Shown here: positions 11,600-24,900 of the stretch, one piece after another
Layout of the letters: every line of letters starts with the position of its first letter
Numbering within the stretch: the stretch's first letter is position 1
NCBI RefSeq assembly: GCF_018350175.1
Contig: NC_058371.1
Span: 75,144,001-75,208,000, forward strand
DNA from: Felis catus
Taxonomy: Eukaryota
DNA length: 64,000 nucleotides
Reading direction: 5' to 3'
Made by a program: the position numbers and the translations under genes
Notes under the pieces: model-generated
The model's input: only the letters and a program-made list of their open reading frames with translations
Databases searched by the model: none
What the model was told of the DNA's origin: nothing

Positions 11600-12260
11600 T
11601 ATGGTTCTTATATATTAGGATGTTCATGATTTTAGGATTTATAATGGTGAATAATTGAAAACTGTCCATATGTTCAACGATAGGAGGTTGGTCTAAAAAA
11701 TTATGGTACTAGGGGCGCCTGGGTGGCTCAGTCGGTTGAGTGTCCGACTTCGGCTCAGGTCATGATCTCACAGCTTGTGAGTTCGAGCCCTGCGTCGGGC
11801 TCTGTGCTGACAGCTCAGAGCCTGGAGCCTGCTTCTGCTTCTGTGTCTCCCTCTCTCTCTGCCCCTAACCCCCTCGCATTCTGTCTCTGTCTCTGTCTCT
11901 GTCAAAAATAAATAAACATTAAAAAAAATTTTTTTTAAATTATGGTACATTCACATGATGTAATACCATGTAGCTATCAAAAAAGCATATTTCAGGATAA
12001 TACTCATAACAATATGAGAAAATGATCATATTATATATATATGCATAAACATATATCATGGTCTAATCTTATAAAACTATGCATTCCTACAAAAAAAAAA
12101 AAAAACCCTGAAAACATACAGTGAGTAATTGCACAGTGAGAAGATCAGGGGTGACTTTTATTTTCCCTTCCTGCTTTTCTGTTTTTAACAATATTTCTAC
12201 AATGAACATTTATTCCTTTTGTAATCTAGAAAAAAATGCAATAAATGCTATTTTGAAAAA
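11600..12260 (+). mobile_element. old L1 (L1ME-like) 3' end, split by a SINE
   Basis: aaattatggtacattcacatgatgtaatacc and terminal ttctacaatgaacatttattccttttgtaat. Confidence 0.65.
11710..11936 (+). mobile_element. felid Can-SINE
   Basis: ggggcgcctgggtggctcagtcgg head, CT tract, A-tail; perfect TSD aaattatggtac (11698-11709 / 11937-11948). Confidence 0.97.
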
Positions 12261-14680
12261 TTGTCCCTTTGGTTTCTTCCAGTCAGGGCTTTGTATCTGG
12301 AATTTATATAAAAGCTTAGTTCAGGGCATCTGCTATTAAAGACAACCAAAGGGAAAATATAAAGCGTAGAGTCATAGTCTTTAAAGTAGGCATTTAAAAA
12401 GTTGCTTTTAATTTCATCTCAAAAGAAAGAGGTAGGTGGTGTCTTCTCTGCAGAGATTTATTAATGCTGGTTTGTACATCACCCAAGCATCTCACACATG
12501 CCCTGAAGCCCATCTATAAAGAGCTAACATGTATAGGCAACACATGCGTTTTCCATATCCATAAATTGTGCACTGCTCGAGGCCAGTCGTCTATCAAGTT
12601 TTCCCAGCAATGAAGACCAACTTGTGGAATCTCAGCTTTAAAAAAAAGCAGCAGAGCTTTGGAAAGAGGAGGTTCTCAAGGAGCAGAGTTTGTGGACTCT
12701 GCTTTCGCTTTTACCCTCTTGCCTCCCAAGACCCTGTCTTGGACCTTGGCTCCGCTCAGGCCTTTGGGGTGGCCTGGTCATGCACAACCTCATGTGTAAG
12801 CCCATGTTGGTTAAAGACATGAGTTTCCTAAAGCCTGAGGGAGGAACAGTCTGACTCATAGCCACTGTTTTAACTTGAACAGTCACACTATAATAGCTAC
12901 GCAGCGGGCTCCAATGATTAGCAGCAGTATTTATCTTTCCTAGTTCGCATTTACAGTGACACACTCGGTGTTACCCACCCAGATCCAGCATCTATCAAGT
13001 CAGATGCGTCATGGGCACTATTTTTAACTATAGGGAGAGGAGCCATAGCTAATGTAATCTATGATAACACTGTAATTAAAGTGTCCTGCATAATGAGGAA
13101 ATCTAATAAAGTATAGCAAGTATTATGTTTCAGAACAAACAAACGCTAGAATTTAGGTTACCTTAAAATCCAGCTACTACCACATAGCCTCAAAACTTGT
13201 CACTGCAATTGAGAAATGAGTAACAGCCCTCACTATCAGAGAAAACAAGATTAGGGGCAACCTTCCCAACATGGGACTGAGACACTGATGGTGAGAAATA
13301 CAGAGCACAATTTGCTTGACAAGAACTGGTAACCTGGGACCACCCAGAAAGACAAAAAGAAAGGGACTAGCGATTGAACGTGCCCAGATTCTAGTGTAGC
13401 ATGTGATAATGGTTTTCAAAAATAATGATACATCAGTGATAAAAACACATAGACTCTGCTTAGCTCCTTAAAATCAACTTCGTTACCCTTGCTAATTTTA
13501 TCATGTTATTGTTATCACCGCAAATGTGAGAAAACTGGGTGACTGGTGTCCTTTTATTTCCACTTGAGATTTGTTCCAGGGAAAACTGTAGATGTTTTTG
13601 CTTTCCTCTATGTCTCCTACACAATCTTTGAACTAGCTTCTAGATAAGAAGAAATATCTACCCTTTAGTCCTATGATACTTCCCACTTCAGAGTGGAGAG
13701 AACACAGAGGAAAGCTTTTCTGCGAAAGAGAGAAGGGGAAATATGACACATGGGGTAGAAAAGTCGAGAAGACAAGAAAATATCTGGGGATGCTCTGTAT
13801 CACCTTTTGGTTGGAAGAATTCCAGTATCTGTTGTCCCTCTGAGCATGACCATGAGTCGATGCCTTTGACCATTAGCAGAATAGCCATGGGAAGTTTATA
13901 GCCTATGGTGTTCTGATTGCAAAAGAATCTAAGTGCCAGACAGCGCTGACAGGTCAGCAACTGGAGAATGGGCCAGCCCAGCCCAGCCCAGGATTTCCAT
14001 TTTGGAGCTGTTAGCAATTACAGCTGTTCACAGGAGCCCAGGGCTCTGCAGCCGCCATCTGTATGATTTCACAATGCCAGATTAAGCATTTATTGAATGA
14101 ATATATAAATCAATGAACTGCGTAATTGGAGAAAGGAAGAAAAGCTCCAGTGAGCCCTGAGGGCTACAAAATTCCCTCTAAGTACCACTATCCACATTCT
14201 ATAAGTTTTAACATGTAGTACTATCATTATAGTTCATAATGATTATATTATGGTTTCATTATTATTTCATTTTTGACACATGAATAATCTGGAAATAAAT
14301 TTTTAATGTTAAAGTGAATGTTCTAAAACGTTGATCTTTTTATTATTTATTTTTAAGCTAATTGCATTTCATTATAAAATATGATCTTTAACTATACAGA
14401 TTCTTTGAAATAGGTCAAGGCTTGCTTATTGACCTCTATTTTATACATGTACCATTTCGTATATGTTCTAGAATAAATCTCATACATGTGTTATCTGATT
14501 TGCAATCCAGGGATCAATATATGTCCATGAAATCAGGTTAGTTGTGTTGTCAAATCTTCTATACCTTTATTAATTTTTGTGCCTGCTTGATATATCAGTT
14601 TCTAAGAGAGGTATGTTAAAATGTCCCACTAGGTTTGTGGGTTTGTCAATTACTCCTTGTAATTCTACTAAATTTGATTT

Positions 14681-15055
14681 TTAACAACTATCTGTTTCAT
14701 TTATTTATTTACTTTTATTGAGGTATAATTGACGTATAACATTATGTTAGTTTCAGGTATACAACATAACCGTTCAATATTTGTATATATTCCAAAATCA
14801 TCACCATAGTAAGTCTAGTTAACATCCATCACCATACATACATAGTTAGCTTCTGTCACCATATATAGTCACACAAAATTTTTTTTTCTTGTGATGAGAA
14901 CTTTTAAGATCTGTTTTCTTATCAACTTTTAATTATACAATGCTGTATTATTAACTTTAGTTACCATGCTGCATATTAAATCCCCATGACTTACTTATTT
15001 TATAACTGAATTTTTACTTTTTGACCCCCTTCACCCATTTCCCTCACTCTCTATC
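14681..15055 (-). mobile_element. L1 3' end (L1MA9/L1_Carn-like), 5'-truncated
   Basis: tattgaggtataattgacgtataacatt...gtgatgagaacttttaagatc; flanked by TSD aaatttgattt (14670-14680 / 15056-15066). Confidence 0.85.
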
Positions 15056-15296
15056 AAATTTGATTTGTGTATTTGATGCTATAGTTGATGTTTGTGTTAG
15101 TCATACAATATTAAATTGCTAATTTTTTTCTAGTGTATTCAGTGTTTTATTATTAATGAAGTAGTTTTCTAATATTTAAAAGGCTTGAAGTTTATCTTAT
15201 CTATATTAATATAAGTATACATGATTTCTTTTGGTTAATATCTATATAATATTCTTTTTGAATAGGTTACTTTCAATCTTCCATTTTTTAATATTT

Positions 15297-15511
15297 CATT
15301 TTATCTTATTTCAAGTTTATTTATTTTGAGAGAGAGAGATTATGTGAGCAGAGCAGGAGCAGAGAGAGAGAGAGAGAGAGAGAGAATCCCAAGTGGGCTT
15401 TTCACTGTCAGTGCAGAGCCCGACACAGGGCTTGTCTCATGAACTGTGAGATCATGACCGGAGCCAAAATCAAGACTCAAATGCTTAACCAACTGAGCCA
15501 CCCAGGTGCCC
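15297..15511 (-). mobile_element. Can-SINE (older subtype)
   Basis: ends ctgagccacccaggtgccc; (GA)n tract. Confidence 0.95.
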
Positions 15512-16379
15512 GAATTTTTATATTTTAGATATGTCTCTTATAAACAGCATATAGCTAGATATTTAAAATATCATTTGATTATCTCTACCTTTAATTGGCA
15601 ACTTTAGCCCATTTACATTTATTGTGATTGTTGATGTATTTGAACTTATTTTTTCCATCCTGTGCTATTTGATTTTTTGAATACCTTTTTCTTTTATTTT
15701 GTGTGAGGATTTTTTTAATAAAATATCTTTCCTATTACTTTTAGGAAATTATTAATTACATTTTCATTATTTTAGTGGTTACCCTTAAATGTTTAATTGT
15801 GCTTAACAAAGGCTAAAGTTACTTAGTATCTCTTAAGCTTAAACTTTTAGCATATTTAAATCTGACCACTCCTTCACATTTTATACATTACTGTTGACTG
15901 CTTTTTAAAAATCTCTAAATTATGCACTATTTTTTAGCCCTATACAGTAACTACTTTTTTAGATTTATTTGCATGTTTGCCTATTCTTAACTTACATTGC
16001 TTTTTGCATCTTAGATCTTCCCTCAGAGATCATTTTCTTTCTTCCAAAAGTATATTTTTTAAAGTTCTTTTCATGATAGTTTGTTGGTGATAAACTCTCT
16101 CAGCTTTTATATGTCTGATGGAATTTGATATATCTTGGAATGGAGTTGGCAAGGTTTGCTGATGACTGGAATAGAGGGTGATAATGAGGGAAAGAGGGTA
16201 GCCAAGAAAGTTTCTAGCAGAGTACTCCCCCATAGCAGGCACATAAAAGGCACTTACAGATGGTGCAATGAGAAGCAATGAGGGGTAGTGTTGCTAATTA
16301 TAATAAATTCTCCCAAACAGACATGTAGGTCCAAAGATTAAGTTCTGGGTCCCTAAGACATTTATAAACAATTTCAGGT

Positions 16380-17290
16380 GTTCATTCATTCACCAATTCA
16401 TTTTTGAACTTCCCAAATCTACTATACATTTATTCATTCATTATTTAATTTGTCATTTAAGCAGACTTTTAAAACATCTACTATATGATAGCTATAATAT
16501 TAGGTGATGAAGATACAAAAATGAATAAATACTTACATGGACTCTGCCCTTGTGGATCATGCAGCCTTGTGGGAGAACAAATAGTAATCAGCTAATCAAT
16601 CACTCAAATAAACATAAATCTGTGATTGTGGTTAGTGCTATAGGTTTCTAAAGAATCTATAATGGGAGGTTTGACTGTCAGGAGGTCAGAGTAGGCATCT
16701 CTAAGGAAGGAAAATTTGAGCTGAGAGCTAAAAAGTGACAAGGAGTAGAGTGCCTGGGTGGTTCAGTTGGCTGAGCATCCAACTCCTGATTTAGGCTCAG
16801 GTCATGATCCTAGGGTCATGGAATCAAGCCCTGCATTGGGCTCTGCACTGAGTGTGGAGACACCTTAGGATTCTCTCTTCTTCTGCCCCTCTCCCCCATT
16901 TGAGTGTGATCACTCTCTCTCTCTAAAATAAAAATTAAAAAAAATTTTTTTTTAATGACAAGGAGTAAACTAGGTAAAAAATGGGTGAAAGAGCCTTTCA
17001 GGCTAAGGAAATGGCAAGGGCAAAGTCCCTGTGGCAAGAAATGGCAGGCACAAAGCCTTGTGGTAGGAATACAAGCATAAATGGGGGAGCAAAGGGCATT
17101 AGTGTGGCTGGAGTAGAGAGAGGAAAAAGAAGGACTTAGGTAGAGACTGGAATAATAAGGAGAGGACAGTTTGGGGCCTTGATAGTCCACATCAGGGAAG
17201 TGTCCTTATCCTGAGAACAGTGAGAGCTGCTGACATGATTTATGCAGAGGTAGTGACCAGATCAAATTTGTGTTTTGAAGAGATGCAAGC
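16380..17290 (-). mobile_element. L2, split by a SINE
   Basis: starts ttcattcattcacc (antisense L2 tail); continues with gaaaatttgagctgaga and ggcaagggcaaagtccctgtggc. Confidence 0.75.
16748..16955 (+). mobile_element. Can-SINE (older subtype)
   Basis: TSD tgacaaggagta (16736-16747 / 16956-16967). Confidence 0.95.
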
Positions 17291-19079
17291 CTCCCGTTTT
17301 TTTTCTCCTGCACTGACTGACTTGGGGACTGCAGAGTGACTCTAGCTTCTTCCAAATAGCAACTCTTTGCTTGTGTGGGAGGGAAGTCTGGGCATTGTCC
17401 ACTCAAGGGGCCTGATCATAAAACTTTCAACACAGGTGAAAATAGACAGTGGGAGGTTTTTCTGGGACAGACACGGGTACTGTTGGTTTCCCCTTCTATG
17501 CTCTAAGCCAACTCTCAGATATATGCTCTAAGTGTCTTGAGGAAGCAAAGGTATAATTAATCAAAGAACAGCCAAAAGGGCCCTCATGAACCTTTGATCC
17601 TGGTGGAATGAGAAGCTGTAGCAATTGAGGATCAGTCAGTCCAGGATTGCTTAGTGCATGGTTTTCTGTGATCTCCCTTCCTGGTGGGACTTTCTGTCCC
17701 CTTTCTTCCCTCTGAGCTCTCTGGAGCCCTAATGTGGCTGGGAAGGGGCAAGATGGGATGAAAGAGAAGTAGTTGGTGAAATGGGGGAAGAGGAAAAAAA
17801 GAAAGCATCAGTAAAGAAGAGGGCTCACAGTGTCAAAAGCAGGGCCAGTGTGGAAAGAGGGTCCAAGGAGAGCTTTGGCACCGGTTCCAGGTTTCCCTCT
17901 GTACCTAACCCACTGTATGACCTCAGGCAGATGATGTAATCTCTCTCTTGGCCTCTGCGTCCTCATCTATAAATGAGAAATTTCCCAAGGATGTCCACAC
18001 ACCCGGGAGTACAGTGAGGGGTGTCTGTGAAAAAAGATGACGTAACTTCCTGTGGAAGATCAACCTTGCTAGAAGATGTTTGAGGAAAAAGTGTTAATTT
18101 TATACTAAAACAAATATAGGCATCTTAATTTAGAATGCAAAATTTACAGTTTTTGAAAGGATATAAGAGGCAAAGTCAAAAAACTTGGCCAATGTTTTTC
18201 CCGCTATTATTCAGGGTACTTGAGTGAAGAAGGTTGAGAAGCACTGGATTAGATGTGCTATAAGATGCCCTCCAGCTCTTTACTATTATGATTCTTTGGT
18301 TTTATGATGAGGATCAAGGAGAAGGAGGATTAAGCAATCTGTGAACTATAAAAGGATTTAGGCGACCCTTTTAGGTTTAGGAGTGGGTATTAATGTGGGC
18401 GTTCAGCTGTGCCTCATGCTCTCTCATGCTCTGGCTTTGAAACCTCCTGTTCCTCTCCTGGGATAGGCCTCGTCCTTCCTGCCTGCCTGGCTTACTCCTC
18501 CTTGTTCTTTAAGAACTATCTTAGTGTTCCCTCCTAGGGGATGCTTTGTCACTTCCTTCTTCCTTCCTGTTCCAATCCTCTAAAGTGCTGACTTGGGCAA
18601 TACCCGTGCTCCCTGCTCCCTGTATACCCATAGAACTCAATAGGTAGTTCAAATTTTGCACTCATGGGGTTATAATGTATCACTGTTTTCTTCCATCATC
18701 ATGTTAACCTGCCGTTTAACTAACTTTCACACTATTTGGAGAAAGCAGTCCCGATGTAGAAACAAGCCCTTCATTATATACTCTTGCTGACCTCTCTCGC
18801 TTTGGGTCTTGTAACTCTTAGAGACTGTGGCCACGTCTAACAACACTTTGTAGTTCCTCAAAGTGCCACACTGTGCTCTGTTTCTTGTTCCTATTTCCCA
18901 GAATTCTGTTTTCTGGAATGCTTTTATTCTTGCCTATATGAAGAATCCCTTTTTGTCTTTCAAGACTAGGTTCAATTGTCTCCCCTTGGAGAAGCCTTTC
19001 CTGGCCTCCCATGACTTCTCTGTGTGAACTTCATTGCTCCTCAGACCATTGCCTACCTCTTTTCTAAGGTCATATGCTT

Positions 19080-19960
19080 CCACATACTTATATTCTGGTG
19101 GGAAGAAAAAGACAATAAAGGAAATATTTACTATGTCAAATTTTGATATGCATTTTTTGGGGAGAAGGAAGAAACAGTAAGTCCAAAGGCCAGATCATGT
19201 AGGGCATCTTAGGTCCCTGTAAGGTGTTACTGAGTGAGCAGAGGAGTGGTCTGATCTTATTTACATTTTAAAAGGCTCACTCTGGCTGCTGTATTGAACA
19301 CAGTAGTCAGGAGGCTACTGCCTTTAGATAAGATATAATGGCAACTTGCACCAGGATGTAGCAGTGGAGGCAGTGGAAAATGGTAAGAATCTTGATATAT
19401 TTGGAGGGATAGCCAACAGGTTTTGCTAATGGATAGGATATAGGATCTGTGAGAGAAAGGAGTCAAAGGTGACTTTCCAGGGGTTTTGACCCAAACAACT
19501 GGAAAGATGAAGTTAACGATGAGAGAGGAAGACTCTGGAATGAGCAGATCAGTGGGAAAGACCAGGACTATAAAATTTAAGGTGCTTATAGACATGCAAG
19601 TGTCACTGGTGAGTAGCAGTAGCAGATATAAGTGTGGAGTTAAGGGGAAAGGGCAAGGTATACATGAGAATTTGGTGTCACTTATACACAGCTGTACTGT
19701 AAGCCCTTGAGATGGCAGGAGGTCACTTAGGGTGTGAATGTAGACCCAGAAGAAGGGAGGCCTGTTCTGAGACTCAGTGCACTCAACAGTAGGATCTTGG
19801 GGGAAATAAAGAGGACCCAACAAGGAGACTGAGAAGGAGCAGCTAATGAGGCCATAGGAGATCTGAGTGAGGTAATAACCAGCGGCTCTGAGGAGGGGGA
19901 GAAGTGCCAAGATAAATGGGGGTAGGGGTGCTGAAAAGTATCAGTACTGGAAATGAAAGG
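19080..19960 (-). mobile_element. L2 ORF2 C-terminal region
   Basis: minus-strand translation PPFFWVYIHTLSDLLPSQG and ILSISKTCWLSLQI match L2 RT/C-terminal motifs. Confidence 0.85.
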
Positions 19961-20175
19961 CAAAGTCATAAGAGTATATGAGAAGTTTTTAGGAAGCTGA
20001 TGTATTTGCTTTTAGCCATACTTAACACTGTACGATTAGCAAATATAGAACTGGAATTGAAAACATTTTATTTTCACTTGAGAGGAAAATAACATTTATT
20101 CTCATTATTGGCAAATCAAAAAGGTTTCCAATATTCAATATTGTCAAATATGGTCTCCAAGGTAAAGTCTGCATG

Positions 20176-20177
20176 GA

Positions 20178-20221
<44 letters not shown>

Positions 20222-20240
20222 GGAAGAAAGAAAGAAAGAA
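20176..20240. repeat. (GAAA)n microsatellite
   Basis: directly visible. Confidence 0.98.
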
Positions 20241-20624
20241 GGAAAACTCACTTCAAAAGTATCATTTCAGAAATGTTGTATTGTCCAGAAAACCTTCAGT
20301 ACATATATGCTGGCAAAAGATCAAACAAAAGCCTCAGGGATGATAAATGACAACAAAGACGAAAAAATAACTAAACACCACTCAAATGTGTTATAGAAAG
20401 TATTTGAGGTTGTGCTATGGCCCAACTCTTCAGCATTTGCCTCCTCTCTCTGCAGCTTCCTCCTACTTTGGGTGGGCAGAACTTCTTGCTGGAAGTTGGC
20501 TACCTTCTGGCTAAAGATCAAAGCCTTGAGGCAGGATCAATTCAAATGGTACTGCTTCTCATTCTCCATTAATCCATCTAAAACTTGCAAAGAGTATCAG
20601 TGCTAGATGAGAGATCATCTAGAC

Positions 20625-20969
20625 CAGCACAGTCCAACATCATGTTATATATCATGTTGAAATATCCTACAAGCCATACATACAAATCACATTCTTAATT
20701 TAAATTTTCTAGTAGCCACATTAAAAAAGTGAAAGAAACTGGTAAAGTAAATTTTAACTTAATTTTATTTGACCTAGTATATCCAAAATAATATCATTTC
20801 AACATGTCAATATAAAAAAATGGGGAGACATCTTACATTCTTTATTTCACATGAAGCCTTTCAAACCTTGTGTGTGTTGCACTTTGCAGCAAATCTCAAT
20901 TCAGAATAGCCACATTTCCAGTGTTCAGTATTCTCATATGGCTAGTGACTACTGTAGTGGACCACACAG
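20625..20969 (+). mobile_element. MER33-like hAT-Charlie DNA transposon
   Basis: termini cagcacagtccaa / gtggaccacacag; internal ttaaattttctagtagccacattaaaaaagt; 8-bp TSD atctagac/atctggat. Confidence 0.9.
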
Positions 20970-21224
20970 ATCTGGATTATGTCATTCAGTTTATAGATGA
21001 AGGGGCTGAGTCCGAGGGGGAAAGAAATGCAATAAAGATTGTTTAGCATGTCAGTACTAGCAAAGTCTCTTGGCTTCCAGTCCAAAGAGTTTCTCATATG
21101 TTCTGCTGTTCAAAAGAAATCTCCATTTAACTGTTCTTGGCATCTTAATTTTCATACTTTGGTCATAAAAAGTCCATCCTAATCTCTATTTTTCAGTCCC
21201 TTTCCTTGGATTTTTTTGGTGATC

Positions 21225-21395
21225 CTGTGTGCATCAGAATCACTAGAGAGCATGTTCATAAAGCAAGTTCCCTGATCTCACCCTCTGAAATTCTGATTTA
21301 GAAGGCTTGCAGTGGAATCCCAGAACCTGCTTTGTAAACAAATGCTCAGTGATTATAATGCCGTTAGTCCATGGACCAACTTGAGAAACATCCTT
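21225..21395. mobile_element. MER5-like DNA transposon
   Basis: tcagaatcact...ccctctgaaattctgatt...cccagaacctgc...ccaacttgagaaac. Confidence 0.7.
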
Positions 21396-21539
21396 CTAGC
21401 TTCTTAGTAGTTCTTGAGGGAGATCTTAAAAGGATTGCCACAGAGCAGTTCAAAAATGGCTTCAACTTTCCTTCCCATATTCCTTGGGTGTCTGGAGCCC
21501 TCCCAGTCCTTGCTGTTCTTTCAAATTGGAATATTATCT

Positions 21540-21670
21540 TTATTGTGTCTTCTCTAGTCTAAGATCCTTGAAAGAAGGATGGGAATTCTTGGTTTCCCAT
21601 TTTTCTCCAGGGACTAGCCCACAGTAGTGGGAGTAAATACTTGTTGAATGAATGAGAAAGGAATGAATGG
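21540..21670 (+). mobile_element. L2 3' end
   Basis: aaatacttgttgaatgaatgag terminus. Confidence 0.65.
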
Positions 21671-23646
21671 ATGTTGTGGAAGCTTTCTTATCAAAGGTGC
21701 AAAGGAACAAAGACAGAATTCTTAGACTCTCCTTCCGGCTTCATTTATGCCTTTCCCTTTTGCGTGTAGTTGGTTTGTTTTGGGTCTTGGTGACATTCTT
21801 ATGGGCCAGAAAAATGGGAGAAATGACAAGGTCATTATGGGATTGGCTTGAACAAGTATATAGGAGGCTTACAAGAAAGTTAGAACTTACTTCCCTTGGT
21901 GGAGCCTCAAAGAACAAAGGGTGACCTCTGCCTCGAGCGGAGTCTTAGTTTAAATCCTGAAATGACCCTGGCACTTAGGGATATAACATGACTTGGCCTT
22001 TGAGAGATTGGTTATCCTCGAGGTGTAACAGAGAAAAAAACTTAGAGGGATTGAGGCCAGTTGGTGGAATTTAGTCTTTCACTGACTGCTTAAAACTATA
22101 GGATATGGTTTTAAAATATTAAAATGGCCAATTGTCTGATTCACCTTTCTTCCCTCCATGTTTCTATTACACCATCCCCCCCACCACCACCATCATGACC
22201 ACCTCTGCCACCGTCATCCTCATCCCTCTCCCTCTTCATTAAGAGTGTCTCCTCCTGACCCAAGTCACCTTATAGAGAGCTCCTCTGACATCTGTCTGTA
22301 AGGTCTGCATAGCCCATAGGGTGGCCTGGAATCGAAAGAGGCAGGTACATCTATGAAAGCTAAATATAATACACCGTACACATGGAATCTTATTTTATTT
22401 TTGTTAATAAAAGAAAATGATGGTTAATGGTTGTTTTACACCTACTTTTCAAATATCTATAAAATCAGTTAATATTCTTTATGGTTAACAGAACAGACAG
22501 CCCTGTAAAAATACCTTAATATGTCAGAGAATATTATTGAATTATGAAATCCTTTCATTTTTTATCTATGCAGGCTCTCCCACACCGCAACTGTCTTCAC
22601 AATATTGCTGTACGTTACCCTCCTGAAACAGGCTTCAGATTGGAGCGGATTCTTTGTCTCTGGCCTTCTCTGGACTTACTGATTCAAGGGGGTTTGAGGA
22701 ACCTCATGAAGGAAACCGAGCAGGTGACCTAGAGCCAGAAGAGGGACTGAACAAGCCACCATAAACTTGTCCCCAGCCTCTGGCCTGGCATAGGTCCTTC
22801 TACCATCCAATCATGACCATGCCGGCCTTCGTAAGAGAGAGTGAGCCTCCACACAAGGATTGCAGTGGCATTTCTCCTCTGAAGGTCTCAAGGCAGGGGC
22901 AGGTGGTTGCTGTGTCAGCCCAAATCACAAAACCACTCCAGAGATACCCACGGAGCCCTGGCTTCCACAGTCTGGTATCTTTGGGCATGGGAGATAATCA
23001 GAGCAGGGTCTGGCCCATTATAAGTCTCAAAAAATATTGCCGAATAATAAACGAGTGGATCTGCCAAACAGACCACTTCCTTTTTTGCCCTTACATTTAC
23101 TGATTCATCTGCATCTGCAAATACAGACATACATTTATGTGTGGCTCCATATTTAAATTTAAGTGCTTTCTTTTTTCTTTTCTTAGTTTTCTTTTACTTC
23201 CTATTTCTTTATTCTCTGTCCCCTGAAAGCTCAGGTCCTCACAGCTCTGTGTGATGTGACTACGCACAGCAAGCTCCCAGAAGCCGGGACATGAAGAGGA
23301 GAAGAAAATCCTCTCTTAGAAACTGCTTTGGGAGCACCTCTACCTCACTCAAACGTGGAGCACCCTGGACACATTCAAGGGGTGGCAGCCAGTGAGAACT
23401 CCACTTTCACACGGTCACAGGGAACAAAGGCCCATTAGATTGCTCTTACTGATTCAGAAAGAAGGGGAGAAAATGGTCTCAGGGAAACTGGGGTGGCATC
23501 TGAGGGAGGGGGAGCCTGAGGGAGCTGGATTCTAGAGCAATCTGTCAGCTGTGGCCCCAGTGAGAGTGTTTACCGCCTCTTCAAAGAGACTCTGGCTCTG
23601 GGCATGTGATGGCCAGGAGAGATACTGCCAGGCTGAGTAACTTCTT

Positions 23647-23860
23647 CTTTTTTTTTTAATGTTTATTTATTTTAGAGAGAGAGAGCAAGCAGGGGAGGGG
23701 CAGAGAGAAAGAAGAGGATAGAGGATCCTAAGTAGGCTCTGGGCTGACAGCTTTGGGGTTGACAGTGGAGAGCCCCATGAGAGGCTCAAACTCATGAACC
23801 GTGAGATCATGACCTGAGCCAAAGTCAGCCGCTCAACCTACTGAGCCACCCAGGTGCCCC
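23647..23860 (-). mobile_element. Can-SINE
   Basis: T-tail, GA tract, ends ctgagccacccaggtgcccc. Confidence 0.95.
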
Positions 23861-24049
23861 CAGATTGAGTAATTGCTCCCCACAAGCTTACCAGCTGGGT
23901 CCTGGGGCCACTGGGTCTTTGGTGGCAGATGAATGGTTTGTTCCTGGGTTCTGAGCTGGAGACACGCTGCCTTTACCGAAGGTGATATTTGGGAGAAAGG
24001 CTGCTTGATGAATTAAGGAAGAAACAGTAAAGAGGACACATCTGTGGCC

Positions 24050-24900
24050 CTTTCCTGGTGGCTGGTGTTCAGAGGAGGAGGGGCCAGGCGTCCCCTTCTT
24101 GGAAGTTGCCCTGACTTCACTGGTCGCCTTGGCTTGGGGCCCCCAGGGCTCCGGGACTATTTAGGCCCATGCTGGCATGCATCACTATGCCGGAGCCCCG
24201 TCCTGTGGGGCATGCAGGGGCCCATCTGAGGAAGGCTTGGGTCACTTAGCGATGTTGGCGTGAATGCCTCAGACCCAGGAGGAAACAAGCTGCTTGATGA
24301 GCAAATGTTGGTGGGACATTGATGACAAGGTGAACAGGCGCCACACGTCCTCCTCCCCTCCACACTCCCTAATTCTCATCTATTTTACAGATCAGGTGAT
24401 AATTTTTAAAACTTTATTTATTCATTTTTGAGAGAGAGCGAGAGTGCGCTGCACGCCCAAGCACGTAGGGGAGAGAGAGAATCCAAGCAGGGTGCACAAC
24501 CGCCAGCGCAGAGCCCGATGTGGGGCTTGAACCCGTGAACCAAACCGTGAGATCATGACCTGAGCCGAAATCAAGAGTCTGACGCTTAACCTGGTGAGCC
24601 CCCCTGGGCGCCCCAAGGATCACGTGGTACCTGGCATGGTCATCGGTGCGCATTGCTGGGAACGAGGAGAACGAACGTGAGGGTGGCACAGCAGAGTTGC
24701 TCCCCAGTGCTGCTCTCTTCACATTCCGGCCCCCGCTGTGGCCTCCAGCCAGGAAGCACCGCCCGCCTGCTCAGTATTCAGGGGAACCCTTGCCATGCAT
24801 CCGGCAAGCAGCCAGGAGCAGGCAGCTCGGGTCCGTTTCCAGCCAGGGTGACAGGCACTTCCTGCGGGTACTACCTCTGTTGTGCACCCTGTGCACCCAG
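24050..24900. promoter_or_regulatory. weak CpG island / candidate promoter or enhancer
   Basis: about 26 CpG counted in 24400-24900, ETS-type motifs (aggaag 24751, cacttcctg 24856), cag|gtacct donor at 24900/24901. Confidence 0.4.
24401..24614 (-). mobile_element. Can-SINE (older subtype, CpG-rich)
   Basis: gagatcatgacctgagccgaaatcaagagtc...gggcgcccc. Confidence 0.95.

Larger units (their letters stand above)
14450..16140 (-). mobile_element. old L1M (5'/ORF2-start region), with nested insertions
   Basis: antisense L1 motifs such as ggtatgttaaaatgtcccact, gtctcttataaacagcatatag and gataaactctctcagctttt. Confidence 0.7.

Noticed and set aside
19257-19910. Longest ORF (217 aa) as a gene
   Set aside because: Lies on the sense strand of an L2 and contains L2 RT/C-terminal motifs; the pyrimidine-rich strand is naturally stop-poor
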